This document shows positions 27,776 through 40,561 of a stretch of DNA of 64,000 nucleotides, one piece after another. The DNA comes from the human T2T-CHM13v2.0 reference genome, Homo sapiens. The translations under genes were made by a program, and so were the position numbers. Location of the stretch: assembly GCF_009914755.1 (NCBI RefSeq), contig NC_060927.1. The stretch is one strand, 5' to 3'. The notes beneath the pieces were generated by a model. That model did not search any database. It was not told where the DNA came from and worked only from the letters and a program-made list of their open reading frames with translations. Positions within the stretch are counted from its first letter, which is position 1. Every line of letters begins with the position of its first letter.

Positions 27776-30700
27776 CATCATCTTTTCTCCAAAACATGCC
27801 ACACTTAAGACATGATTATCCCATCCCCCATCCCCTGAACTCGTATCTCAGAGGGCCTTGTTGACACCTTGGATTGTGGTCTTTCCTGTTAGGTGCTCTG
27901 TGTTATAAATTAGTTGTATGCTTTCCATTATGGTCATGGGCAGGTGTCCTCAGCCCTCTCCTATCGTGATTGGCTGGGAGCCTGGAACCAGAAACTGGCC
28001 CATACCTCTGTTCCTACAAAGCTGCTGGGCTGTTTTCACTTTGCAGCTGCTTGACTTGAATGCCAAATTCTCCTAGTGAGTGGTGGCTGACCACCTGGCC
28101 AGGGCCATGCAGCCAGCTGCCACTTACAGCTTGAGGCTAAAATATAAGCATTCTAATGCCTAACCTCAGCCCCATCTGAACTCACTTCTCTCAGTTCTTT
28201 TTCTCTGTGAGTGTTAATTCAGAGTTGATTCTTCACTCCTTCTTTCCTCATTTGCTTACTTTTTCCCTTCCTTTCTGTAAAGAATACATATTTATAAATT
28301 GCCTATGAAGTACTGTGCACTGTGTGTGGATACAGCCTATTATTTATATCTATGTAGATATGTGAGAATTGAAGTTTTGCATGCTTGGAAAAATCAAATA
28401 AAATCTCTCAAACACAAAAAAAGAGAGACAGAGAGAGGTACCAAATTCCATTCTCTTTCTATTTCCATAGCTAGCATAATTTCATTTCCCCCATCCTCCT
28501 TGGAAGTCACCTGCTCCCAAATGGTGCTTGGTGGATTTAAATGCTATTCAAAAATCCCAGCTGACAGTTGTTAGCTGACTCTGTTCCTGCCATAGCTCAG
28601 ATCTCTCCCAGGATGTTTTTGTTTTGGTATATAGGCAATGCCGTGTATCCACCAGTTAACCTGATATATTTCTGTTATTCTCTTGGGTGCCTTTTTGCAG
28701 CTAAAAACTATTCCCTGTTGTTTCCTAATGAGAATTTTGGTTGAACACGGAGTGGCAATAGCAGGTCAGTCCTTAGGTTTAACCCCCAGTATTTCCTCTT
28801 TGTTTTTAAAAGCTTATTGGGCTAAAGCCAAGGTAGCAGTTAGAATCCAGAAGAACTCAGGGGGAAAGGTTTATGAATGCATGGTGAGCTCATATTATCA
28901 GTTCCTATTTTAGTGTTTCAAAATCTCCCATGGTGTTTGAAAGCATCTTGATAATTAAAAGAAAATATTGCCTCATAAAAATTTCATCTTCATTTCAAAG
29001 TAAAGCATTTTTTAAAAGACTTAGTTTTACAGAACTTGGAGGAACTATGCTTACCTTTCTTCCCTCCCTCCATTCTTTCTTCCTTTCCTTTTTTCTTTCT
29101 TTTTCAGTTTTTCTTTTTCTACATGTAATAAAGGTGATTGATAGAAATATAAATGATTAGATCAGAAATGATTAGAAAATTGATTGCTTGATCTGACCTA
29201 CTTTTTTTCATAATTAGGCAACAGACTCTTCATGTTATTGTCAAATACTCTGCCCTGAACTGATTTGGGCTTTGATATCACAGGTCATAGACTCATCTAA
29301 GCCTCTGGAGTGTACACTGGAATGGGGGCCAAAGAGCTTTAACAAATGTGAAATAAATACAATATTTTAACAGAAAAAAATATGCAGCCTCAAATGCTTA
29401 TCACTACAAATCTCTGATAAGAAGAAACAAATTTGCTAATATATGTATTTGTGTTTGGTGCTTATGACAATGGTATTCATGTGCTTTAATGAGGTAATAT
29501 ATTCAGATGATTTTTTTCATACTTTAAATTCTCACAGTGACATTGACCTGAAATGCCTGGGCCCACTGGAGAAGAACAAAGGGCTTATATAGTATATCCT
29601 TTCTAAAGTGATGCTGGGGAAGAATGCAAACATATATTTAGGCCCTGTGGTCTCATTTCGCTTAATAAGAGAGCATTACCACAGCCAAAAACACTGCTTG
29701 GTGACATAATGGGCAAGGGCCTGACATGCCCACACAAACGGGCATCAAGGGGCTATTTCAGATTCTTGATTTCTTGCCAAATAGTGAATAATCTTAAAAT
29801 CAAATGTGCAGCAATAATAGGCCCAGCTGGGAGGATTAAGAAATAAGTATCTATTGAGCTGCCTGATCTCTTTGTTCTTTAGGTTTAGAGTAGGATAAAT
29901 GAAAAAGGGGAGGCCAAGAGGGAGTGGTTTAATATAGAATAAATTGTCTAAAAGGGATCAGTGAAAGCAGGATTATTGATGAGTTAGGGAGTGAGCTAGC
30001 TGACTTTTTATTTTCAGACTAAGACAGGATAGAGATATGGGGATAAACTAGGAAATCAGATAAGAAAAACAAAGGATGCAGGCGTATTTGCCTTAAGTAG
30101 TCTTTTTCTGTTTCTGAGATTTCTTATGTTCTTGTGCTCTGAGCCAAGATCAGTTGAGATTAATCAGTTGTATAGAAAGCATTGTGATCACATTGCAGGC
30201 TTTTAAAGTTTAAATTTGTTTATTGAGCACAATTTGGTTAGCATCAGGTGCTGAAGTTATAGACACCAACACTAGCATAGAAATTACTTTATTTAGCTCC
30301 CAGTTGTAAGTTTCTATAGCAACTGGGGCCTGTACCAGAAAGCTGAGATTCTTGTGCTCAAATGATTCAGGCAGAGATGGCAATATCATATTTAGGGGGG
30401 CACTTGCTTCTTTTTTCCAAATTTTTTTCTGTCTTGTGAGAAGCCTCTTTAATGTGATTCTATCTGCTTAGTCATACTTTTAATTACACCTCTGCTTTGA
30501 ACCCTCTCCTCTTGGCAGCAGTATAAAGTATCTATTTTGGTTGTGTTTCGATTTCCATTGACTAGTTAGTATATTGATGCAGAGGAAATGAATGTGATCT
30601 GTTTTAAATACAGTTGAAAATTCTGAATAGTGAAGAAAGTGTCCATGGTGACAAATGCAGTTAACCAATCCAGGAAGAAATTGGGATGTTAATTCAAAAA

Positions 30701-31057
30701 GGAAACCTAATTTAATTTCTACATTATGCTTTCATTCTGACCATAAATGCAATGTCATGATAATTTTAAATATGGGGGATGTCCCTTATGAAGTTCTCTT
30801 TTTAAGTTTTTAAGTAAGTGATTTTATTTTTGTTTTATAAATGAATGTTTTTATTGTAACAAATAGGACTTTTTTGGAGTGGCTTGTTATGGTCGAAGTA
30901 ATATTTTATGATGCTAGTTTAGCCAATACTGGAGAAAGGCTTAGGAAAAAATAATTACATCCTGGCTCCAATTATGAAAATAATCTCTACATTAAAAATA
31001 TATAAATATAGTAGATTTTTTGCTGCCTGTGCTTTGGAATGGCTGTAATGCAGGCAT

Positions 31058-31145
31058 CTATCTATCTATCGTGTATATATATATATATATAGCTATATAG
31101 ATCTGTATATGTGTATATCTGTATATCTATATATAGATATACAGA
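31058..31145 (+). repeat. (TA)n/(TCTA)n low-complexity tract
   Basis: Read directly from the sequence. Confidence 0.85.
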
Positions 31146-32488
31146 TTTCTAGAAAAAATGAATATCAAATAAAATAAACATACTGGAAATACATGTTTTA
31201 AATAATATTGTCTTTTTGATGAAACTCCACATTTTACAAGAACTGGCTTTTGATATTTGAAATAATCATGAACTGAGTAGTTTAAAGACTATTTAGTAGA
31301 AGATTGCTTATGGTATAATGTATGGCATAGTCTTTTAGTTTGGCAAATGACAAGAATAAACCATAAAAGCAAGGATTCTATTTGTGCCCTAATAAAACAA
31401 AAGAAAACAAAGGATTTCCATTTAGTGTTCACATTTACTGCTAACTTGAGGCCTATTAACATTTGGAAAACACAAATTCTAAAGGCAGCTGCCAGCAATT
31501 GGCCAATTATAATTTCACGATTGAAAGAGAAAATCTTATTTCACTATGAAATTCTGTACTTGTTTTCTCCTTTCATGAATTACCCCACAGCCAAAGCACG
31601 ATGTGTGTGAGAGGAAGGAGAAAATAGACTCACTCCTGGTTGTCTGCAGAAATGTATCACCTCAGATGACCTTGATTCTCTTTGCATTCAGTAGGAGATT
31701 TTCTTTTACTAATTTTACAACAGATTTAATTGTAATAAAATTAATTCAGATTGTGATTATCTGTCTCTATTTGTACTCAGTTTCTATGAGGAATCTTAAA
31801 ATATCATCAGTTCCATAGTTGAGTGTCTGTGTGTCATTATTGCAGTATGTCTATTATATCATGATATATCTGAAGTCACGTAAGACCAATTTTGCTCTTT
31901 CAGGCAAGCAGTTTTCCAGATCTCTGTTAGAACTCTGAATAGATAATTGCTCCTTTAACAAAACATGCATAGACAAAACATTTGATGAATAAAGAGCAGT
32001 TATTAACCTACACTCACATTTGTGAATATCAGGGTTTAGAACTATTACAAAATGGATTCTGCCATGAGTCAGTTTTGTTTTTCCTTTTCAAATATATCCG
32101 TTACATATTTTTTTTTCCTTCAGGTAACTTACAGTAATATTGCTTAATTTAAAATGTACCAGCTCTCCTAATGTAGCAACTTGATTAAAAAGAATTAAAT
32201 GTTTACTCAAAATCATAGTCAAATAGAATGTAGAACTTGAAAATAGTAAGTTGAATTTCTCAGTATTTTATTGCAGAAATGAAAATAGTAATTATTGGAG
32301 GAGATAAGTGATTTATACAATTTGGTTTTGTTAGCTAAATCAAAACAGGCTTACTTAAACATGTATTTGAATCATAAATTGGTTTTTGTAGTCACAAACC
32401 AATTATACTGGATTCTTATTAATTATTTGTTGGTAACAGTAAACAATCAATAGATTAGAGTGTCAAAAGCATTTGGTGGGGGGAGGGG

Positions 32489-33060
32489 TGTTACGTGCAG
32501 AAACATTCACCTAGACCATCTGAGGCTCCTCTCTTTAGAAAGCTCATTTGCAAGATTTGACCACTGACTGATACCTGGGAACTTGGCTTCTGAAGCACTC
32601 CCTTAACTGGTAAGGTAATTTCTCTGGGCCTAGACATTCGTATAAACAGTGGAATTTATTGTAATGTCTGCTTTCTTTTTGTAAGTCTGGAATTCTGGTA
32701 GTTGCTAGGCAAAAGCGTCTATGTTCCCAGCCCCTAGTAAAACTCCTAAACTCTGAGTTTTAAATGGGCTTCAGTTGGCAGAAAAATTCACACTTGATGC
32801 TATATTTTTTTTGTTTGTTTGTTTTCTAGAGGGACAGTGTGCTCTGTGTGAGCTGTCAGGTTGGGGAAAGGTGATAGGAAACTTTCCATGGATTCTTCCT
32901 TGTCTTTACCTGATGTTGTTTTCCCTGTCTAACCCAGCTCTTAATCTTTACTATGTCTATATAAGAAATATTAGTGTTTAGTGGAACTATGTGCCTGAGC
33001 CCTGTGAGTCCTTCCAGTGAATCACCAAATATGTAGGTGGTGTTGGGGACCCTTGAGTCA
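32489..33060 (+). mobile_element. MER21-group (MER68/MER77-like) solo LTR
   Basis: gtctggaattctggtagttgctaggca...; 3' end tgagccctgtgagtccttccagtgaatcaccaaa...gtggtgttggggaccc. Confidence 0.7.
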
Positions 33061-33799
33061 GAGTGTGTCTATTCTGGCTGATTTCAACAATGTGTGAGTT
33101 TAAAAGAAAACCAAAACTGAGCCATGGCATGGATTGAACATATGGGAATAAATACCTGCAGAGTAGATTAGCATTTTGGCAAATGTGCCATAATGAATAT
33201 GCTTGCTGTCTACCAAATTCTCATTAAAATACAAATACTTAAGGTAATATAAAAGCTGATGTCAGTTGTGAAAACAAAACGAAAAAGGAGATGCTATGGC
33301 AAAGTTTGGCATAATTTATGTTAACTGAACTATTGCCAGCTTTTGCTTTAAGTATGTTTATTAAATTCTAGTGGAATCTGAGCTTCTGTTTTGATGGCTT
33401 CTTATCCAAATTAAGAAACTATACAGGAGACTCCAGAATAAGAATGAGCTTGTAGGAAACCTGATGTACTAAGCTTGTGTTGGGTGGAAGTAAAACAAAA
33501 ATCACTCTTGAAAGCTTATAAACACAAAGCCTACACTCACACTAGTGTGAGGACTGAACTCACACCACTAGTGTGGTCTGAAATAATACCTGATCAAAGA
33601 ATTCAATTTAAAGTGACTCTGGATTGGTAGTGGCCACAGTAGTTGGCAGAAACACACAGTTCTTTCTGGAAAATTGTATTTCCAAAGCAGGCCTCTAAGA
33701 AGTTCTACTTATTGCTTGAGTTCTAAAGAACACAATATCATAGCCAAAAATACAAAACACATAAAATGCATGAAACCATGAGCAAGGGCCAGCAGAACA

Positions 33800-34110
33800 A
33801 ACAAATAAACATACAATAAAGTCAGTGAAAACCAAATGAAACAGACCTATAAAAGTTACCCACAAAAATGTCTCTGGAAACTAGTGTTTTAATAGGCAAA
33901 CTCTTTCAAATGATTAAAGAAACATAATTCTTAAACTATATGATCTTATCCAGATCTTGGAGAGGAAAAAAAAGAGCTTTCCATTTTATCTATGAAGCTA
34001 GCATGATCCTCATATCAAAGTTTGACAGGGCACAGAAATATAAATTATAGACTAAATCCGCTTTACATCCTGGATATGAATATCTTAATAAAATATCAAG
34101 AAAACAAATT
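33800..34110 (+). mobile_element. Old L1M ORF2 fragment
   Basis: tatgaagctagcatgatcctcatatcaaa...aaattatagactaa...atcttaataaaatat matches the L1 YEASI.LIPK...NYRP region. Confidence 0.6.
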
Positions 34111-34130
34111 AAAGGTTAGATTTTAAAATC

Positions 34131-35092
34131 GTTTGGCTTCTTTTGAGAAGTGTCTGTTCATGTCCTTTGCCCATTTTTTAATGGGCTTGTTTTTTCTCTT
34201 GTAAATTTAAGTTCCTTATAGATGCTGAATATCAGACCTTTGTCAGATGCATAGTTTGCTACTATTTTCCCCCATTCTGTAGGTTGTGTGTTTACTCTGC
34301 TGATAGTTTCTTTTGCTGTGCAGAAGCCCTTTAGTTTTATTAGATCTCATTTGTCAATTTTTACTTTTGTTGCAGTTGCTTTTGGCATCTTCATCGTGAA
34401 ATCTTTGCCCCTTTCTATGTCTAAAATGGCATTGCCTAGGTTGTCTTCCAGGGTTTTTATAGTTTTGGGTTTTGCACTTAAATATTTGATCCATCTTGAG
34501 TTGACTTTTATATCTGGTGTAAGGGAGAGGTCCAGTTTCAGTCTTCTGCACATGGCTAGCCAGTTATCTCAGCACCACTTATTGAATAGGGAGTCCTTTC
34601 TCTGTTGCTTGTTTCTGTTAGATTTGTTGAAGATCAGATGGTTGTAGGTGTGTGGTCTTCTTTCTGGGCTTTCTATTCTGTTCCATTGGTCTATGTTTTT
34701 GTTTTATCACCAGGACCATGCTGTTTTGGTTACTGTAGCTCTGTAGTATAGTTTGAAGCCAGGTAACATGATGCCTCAAGTTTTGTTATTTTTGCTTAGG
34801 ATTACCTTGGCTATTCAGGCTCTTTTTTAGTTCCATATGAATTTTAAAATAGTTCTTTTCTAGTTCTGTGCAGAATGCCATTGGTAGTTTGATAAGAATG
34901 GCATTGAATCTGTAAATTGCTTTGGGCATATGGCCATTTTAGCTATACTGAGTCTTCCTATCCATGAGCATGGAATGTTTTTCCATTTGTTTGTGTCATA
35001 TCTGATGTTTTTGAGCAATATTTTATAATTCTCATCATAGGGATCTTTCACCTCCCTGGCTAATTGTATTCCTAGATATTTTATTCTTTTTA
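34131..35092 (-). mobile_element. Primate L1 (L1PA/L1PB) internal ORF2 fragment
   Basis: Minus-strand ORFs 34347-34553 and 34860-35051 are L1 ORF2-like ([11 protein letters not shown]). Confidence 0.92.
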
Positions 35093-35170
35093 TTGAGATG
35101 TTTTACTGTAAAGAGAAGAAGATAAATGAAGCAATAGCAAGAGGAAAATTGATTAGGATAATTTTTATTT

Positions 35171-35465
35171 ATTTATTTATTTTTTCTGAGACGGAATCTT
35201 GCTGTGTCGCCCAGGCTGGACTGCAGTAGTGCGATCTCGGCTCACTGCAACTCCACCTCTCAGGTTTAAGCGATTCTCCTGCCTCAGCCTCTGGAGTAGC
35301 TGGGATTACAGGCGCGATCACCATGCCTGGCTAATTTTTGTATTTTTAATAGAGATGGGGTTTCACCATATTGGCCAGGCAGGTCTTGAATTCCTGTCCT
35401 CGTGATCCGCCCCCCTCAGGCTCCCACAGTGCTGGGATTACAGGCATGAGCCACCACACCCAGCC
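35171..35465 (-). mobile_element. Alu (AluSg-like)
   Basis: Full antisense Alu; TSD GATAATTTTTATTT at 35157 and 35467. Confidence 0.95.
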
Positions 35466-36029
35466 TGATAATTTTTATTTTTTAAAAAAGAAGAGATAAA
35501 AGCAACATGCATATTAGTTGATTGGTTGATCTGGAGAGGGAAAATTTAATAATCAGGAGAGGGAACATCCTTGGAGCAATGTCCTTGGGTAGACAAGAGT
35601 ATGCAATATAGTGTGAAAGTGGATGGTTGGGCTTAAACAGTGATATTTAATTATAACATGAGGGAGGGCAGATAGATTTGGTGTCTTGCAGAAGCTGTCT
35701 TCTACTCACTTAACTTTCTCAATGAAAAACAATGTTGTTCTGAGAATGAAGATGGAGAAGGAGTACTTAGAAGAGTCAGGAGTATCTAGGAGAATCAAGA
35801 ATGAATGAGCTACAGAAATGTGTTCTGATTTCCAAGAAGCAAGAGAAGACCTCTTGATATTTGTAGTAATGTATTTAAAATGAGATCGACTGGTACAGTT
35901 GTGCATTTTTCTTGAACCACAGTCAGTTGCACAAGTGAGTGCAGAATAGGCAGAGTGTTGAGGTTTCAATAAATACACATCATACACTAAGAGTCAAGAA
36001 ATCTGAGAGTGTAAGCACAGAATTGTTAA

Positions 36030-36764
36030 TTTAAGGTATATCAATATGGGTTATCCAAATATCAATGCTATAGTAACATCCTGAAACAAAACAAGCACAA
36101 AGGTATAAATGCCTAAACTGGAGGAAACTTGAAACTCTCATGTTAAATCTTCAATGTGGTATTTCTAACTTGTGAAGACAGATTGGTAGGCAGCCATTTT
36201 TTTGCGTTCTTAAAATAAATGGGGGCATAGTTAAAATTTTGTACATCAAGTGATTGCTCTTATTGAATGTTGCAGGTCAGATGTGGTTATTTTTAGTTTA
36301 TTTGAAATATTGGACTGGAAAGTGGGGAGGGGGAAGCAAATATTTGAGATCTGGAAAACCCTAAACCTTTTGGTAAGAAATTGTAATTTTCACTTAAATT
36401 TTCTTTAAGGATGTAAGAGGTTTATAATTGATGCAGTTAAATTGAACAATAACCATTGATGACTATGGAACGTAATTATAGCCTGCAGAAAAGTTATAAT
36501 CTAAGAATTGAAAAAATAAGATCCTGAAGTTGTTTAATTGCATCAGTTTTTGTATTTATGTGAATTTATAAACTGCAGTAAGTTTTGAATGAGGTTAATC
36601 TTGTTTAATATAAGTAAATGAGTCTGTAGACTGTGATCTCCCCAAACTAAAAATTACAGTACTTGGAATTGTGTTCTTTATGGTTGTAGTGTTGGTAAAG
36701 CACTAATATGCCGAAAATAAAGGAATTACACAGTGGAAAAAATAAAAATAAAAAATAAAAATAA
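36030..36764 (+). pseudogene. Probable 5'-truncated processed retrocopy containing only an mRNA 3'UTR (from memory resembles SRSF11; unverified)
   Basis: Non-repeat, UTR-like sequence with AATAAA at 36716-36721 and an A-rich tail from 36737, embedded in decayed L2. Confidence 0.7.
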
Positions 36765-36912
36765 TCGTCTTTGTTTATTAGGATTTCGTAGTGGAAATAT
36801 CTGGGTAAAGTAATAATAAAAAGCTTGAGCTGAGTGAGAGACAGTGCAAATGAGGCAGAAATAATGCATTGTAGATCCTGGTGGAATCAAAGTGTTGGGA
36901 TAATGGAGATAA

Positions 36913-37243
<331 letters not shown>

Positions 37244-40200
37244 TCAAAGAGTGGGATTCTTGAAACTGAGATTTTAGAAGGTTGTAGTGATCAGTAACAA
37301 ATGCAAAGGTATGACTAGGAGAGTGAGTGGTTTATATGTCACGAAGTATAAGATCTTTCAAAAGGAATCAAAAGACTAGGGTATTGGAAGCATCACCTAT
37401 GTGAATATTAAAATCACCACAAATGAAGATAGCAAATAGAGTTAGAGAATGTTAAGACTGTCCGCAAATGAGGGGGTCAATAGATAACTCTAACAAGGAT
37501 GTAAAGTCTACATATCCAGGAATTTTTAAGGACAAAAGTAGAGCATGAAAATGACAATGAAGGATAAAGATGATACCTACCCCATCTTCAGTCCCTGTGC
37601 TAGGAAGGCTGTGGGGTGGGGGGGGGGGGAGCGGGAAACAGCTACCACTAGAGAGGGCTGTAGAGAGCAGTCTGTTCAATGGAGATCTTGGTTGTCGTTG
37701 TAGGAATAAGGGGTAAGAAATGTTCAGAGAACATATTAAGAGTATTGAGAATTTTGCCGTGGATGTGTGGTGGGTTCCAGAAGGTATAGTGGGGAGGTTT
37801 TAGAAATGAGGGTGGTGAGAGTCAGTTCTAGGATAGGAGTTGTATAGAGCTACATGGAGAGCAGAAGGTAGGAGACTGAGGGTAATCTGAGAGTCTTCTT
37901 CAGAGGCAAACAAACAAGAAAAAATGGCATGATGGCATTAGTACTGGTAGTCTTAAGACAAACATTCATGGCAAAACCATGAGGAAGGAAGGAGCAGTAG
38001 GGAAGGGTAAATGTGGACCCTTTTCCACTCTTCAGAGGAAGCATAAAAGACAAAGTAGAGTTAGTGCTATTTTGATAATCTCGATTCTCTGTTGACTTGG
38101 CAGATGGAGGCTGATAGGTCTGAGGAGCATGACAGGCCTCTCAGTGTTTCAGTGTTCAAGGCTCATTCTTGACACCCTGGGGTTGGTGGTGGTCTTCCTC
38201 TAAGCATGAAAATCCTATTCTTGATACAGCTACAGTCCATTTAATACAAATGGACAAGGCAACAGACAAAAAAACTAACAGAACATAAAAGTTTATCTTG
38301 AACCTAACTTCAATTTTATTTGTAAGATAAGATTGTAAGATTGACTATATGTGCATATATATATATCTATATCTATGCCTATAAATAAATGGAATGAAAT
38401 GTAGCAAACAAAATACTAAAAATGATAGTGCTGGGGGTGAGATGATAGGTGATGTGTCCACTTTTGTTTAGTCTCTTAAATTTCTTAAGATAAACACCCA
38501 TAGTCAGAAGAACGCCTTTTATTTAAGAAAAAAATGTTATTTTTAAAAATACTTTTTGTTGTTTATAGGGTTCTACATTTACAAATGCGTGCTGAACTGA
38601 TTATGACATTTGACTGTTTGTTATGGATGTTGCTTAATTCTGAGAATACAGACTATATTTCTCAATAGTAACAATAACTTTTAAGCAATTTCTAAACAAA
38701 TAAAGAGTTACTCATTTTTTGAAGGAAAACAAAGGATAGGTACTGTTCTCACAGCTGTTTTTTAGTTAAAATTATAGAATATGTAATTTAACTAGAAGAC
38801 AGTCATTTCAAATATACTTAAGTAGTTCAAATAATTACACGGAGACAATGCAGATATTTCTCTGTTAGATAAACATATACTATTAGAAAACAGGATGATT
38901 TAAGGAAAATTCACAAATCTTTGTTAAAAAATTTAAATCAGTATTTTAATAACTGAGAAGGATTTTATGTGAAACAAGTAGCCTTTCTGAAATAAGCAAT
39001 CAAAATAATTCATTAAAGCAGTAATCACTAGTAAGCTTGGCTGTTGTTCTACTTGATATGTAAACAAAATTGGTAAACATTGTTGAAATAACACCTCAGG
39101 TACTTCAACTTTCTTTATTACTGAGGAAAAAATAGCAGTTCATTATCACTCTGAATTTTAATTTTTTCCCACTGGAATACAGAAAGGAAGATTCAACCAA
39201 ATAAATAGTTGATAAGACCATTAATGAGAACTAAATAATTTTTCAGCCTAGATATAAGCAGGACCAACTAAACTTAGTAATCAAGGCAAACTTTTGAAAG
39301 TATTAAAGATTAATTGAACAAATTCACAGTTGTTATAGGTTTACATGACTTATCAGTGTATTTAAGAACATAATTTGTGTGGAATAAAGAGGATTAACAA
39401 ATTGATGTCAGATTTGCTTCTCTATCCTTTCACCTCTGTGCTTACTTTCCTCTCTCCCATACTCTTCATTCCCTGTTATATTTTTCTTGCAAAGTTAAAA
39501 TTTACATTTTAGGGAGGAAAGCATTTATCTACTGCATGCACTTTTGACCTTGCCTCCCTCTCTTATTGGAAAACCCTTGTATCTCTTTGGCTGTATTATT
39601 TTTTCAAGATTGACTTTCTTCCTTTGTAAGGCTATACTTATCTGAGATGGTAGTCAGTCTGAACTTGTTTTAATGTACTTTTATGTATAAGCTTTATGTA
39701 CTTTTATGAACTTTTAAAGTATGTGTTATATTTACATGTATATTACCGTAATCTAATAGTTTGTTTTCTACTTTATGAGAGTGTCAAAGGAAGGAAGAAT
39801 CACTGATGTTTCATGTATAGATAAAATTGGAGACTAAAAACAGGTTTGGAAGAGAGTTAGAAGCCTAAGAGAATCATTTTGATAACTTTCTACTGCTAAC
39901 TAATAAGGAGATAAAGTGAGACCTAATTTTTGGAGATCTGAGTATAAAAATTCAGGTGTTTTAGAATCTAAGCAAAAACTTTGCTAGAAAAGTGCCACTC
40001 ATTGAAGTGTTGCAGATCTATGATATGACATTCATTCCCATTTAATTTATTTATCTTTTGCCACTAGTTGGCAGTATGACTGAATTACAGTTTGATATTC
40101 TGCCACCATATAAGTGCCCAGAGTATTCACTAATATTGACCATGTTTGGGAGTTCAGATATTAGCTGTCTGGAGTTAGGGTGAGATGCCATTAGGATGTC

Positions 40201-40561
40201 TCTTTGATATCTGAGACCTGTCACTTAAACTTCCAAGTAAAATATGTAAGTGATTCTCAGTCACACTTTTTAAAGTAATACCAGACTTACAAAGTGACAG
40301 AATGGGCTGGACTGCATATTACTTTGATTTAGAATTTAAACAAGTTTCTGCTGGAGGTCCCAGAAGATGTCCATGTTGGGGTTTCTAATCTAAGAACAGA
40401 AAGACAAGTTATGTAAGTTTGAGACTTAGGGCAGGGACAGAGAAATCATTTTTAGTGGAAAGGGAGAATGGGATGAGGTTGGAACTAAGAATGTAGCTAT
40501 TCACAGTCATTTATGCCAAGCAACTTGCTTAGGTTCAAAGCCAAAGTATCAGGAGCAGGGA

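Noticed and set aside
37611-37635. G-rich run with G-quadruplex potential
   Set aside because: Simple homopolymer expansion in decayed L2 with no functional context
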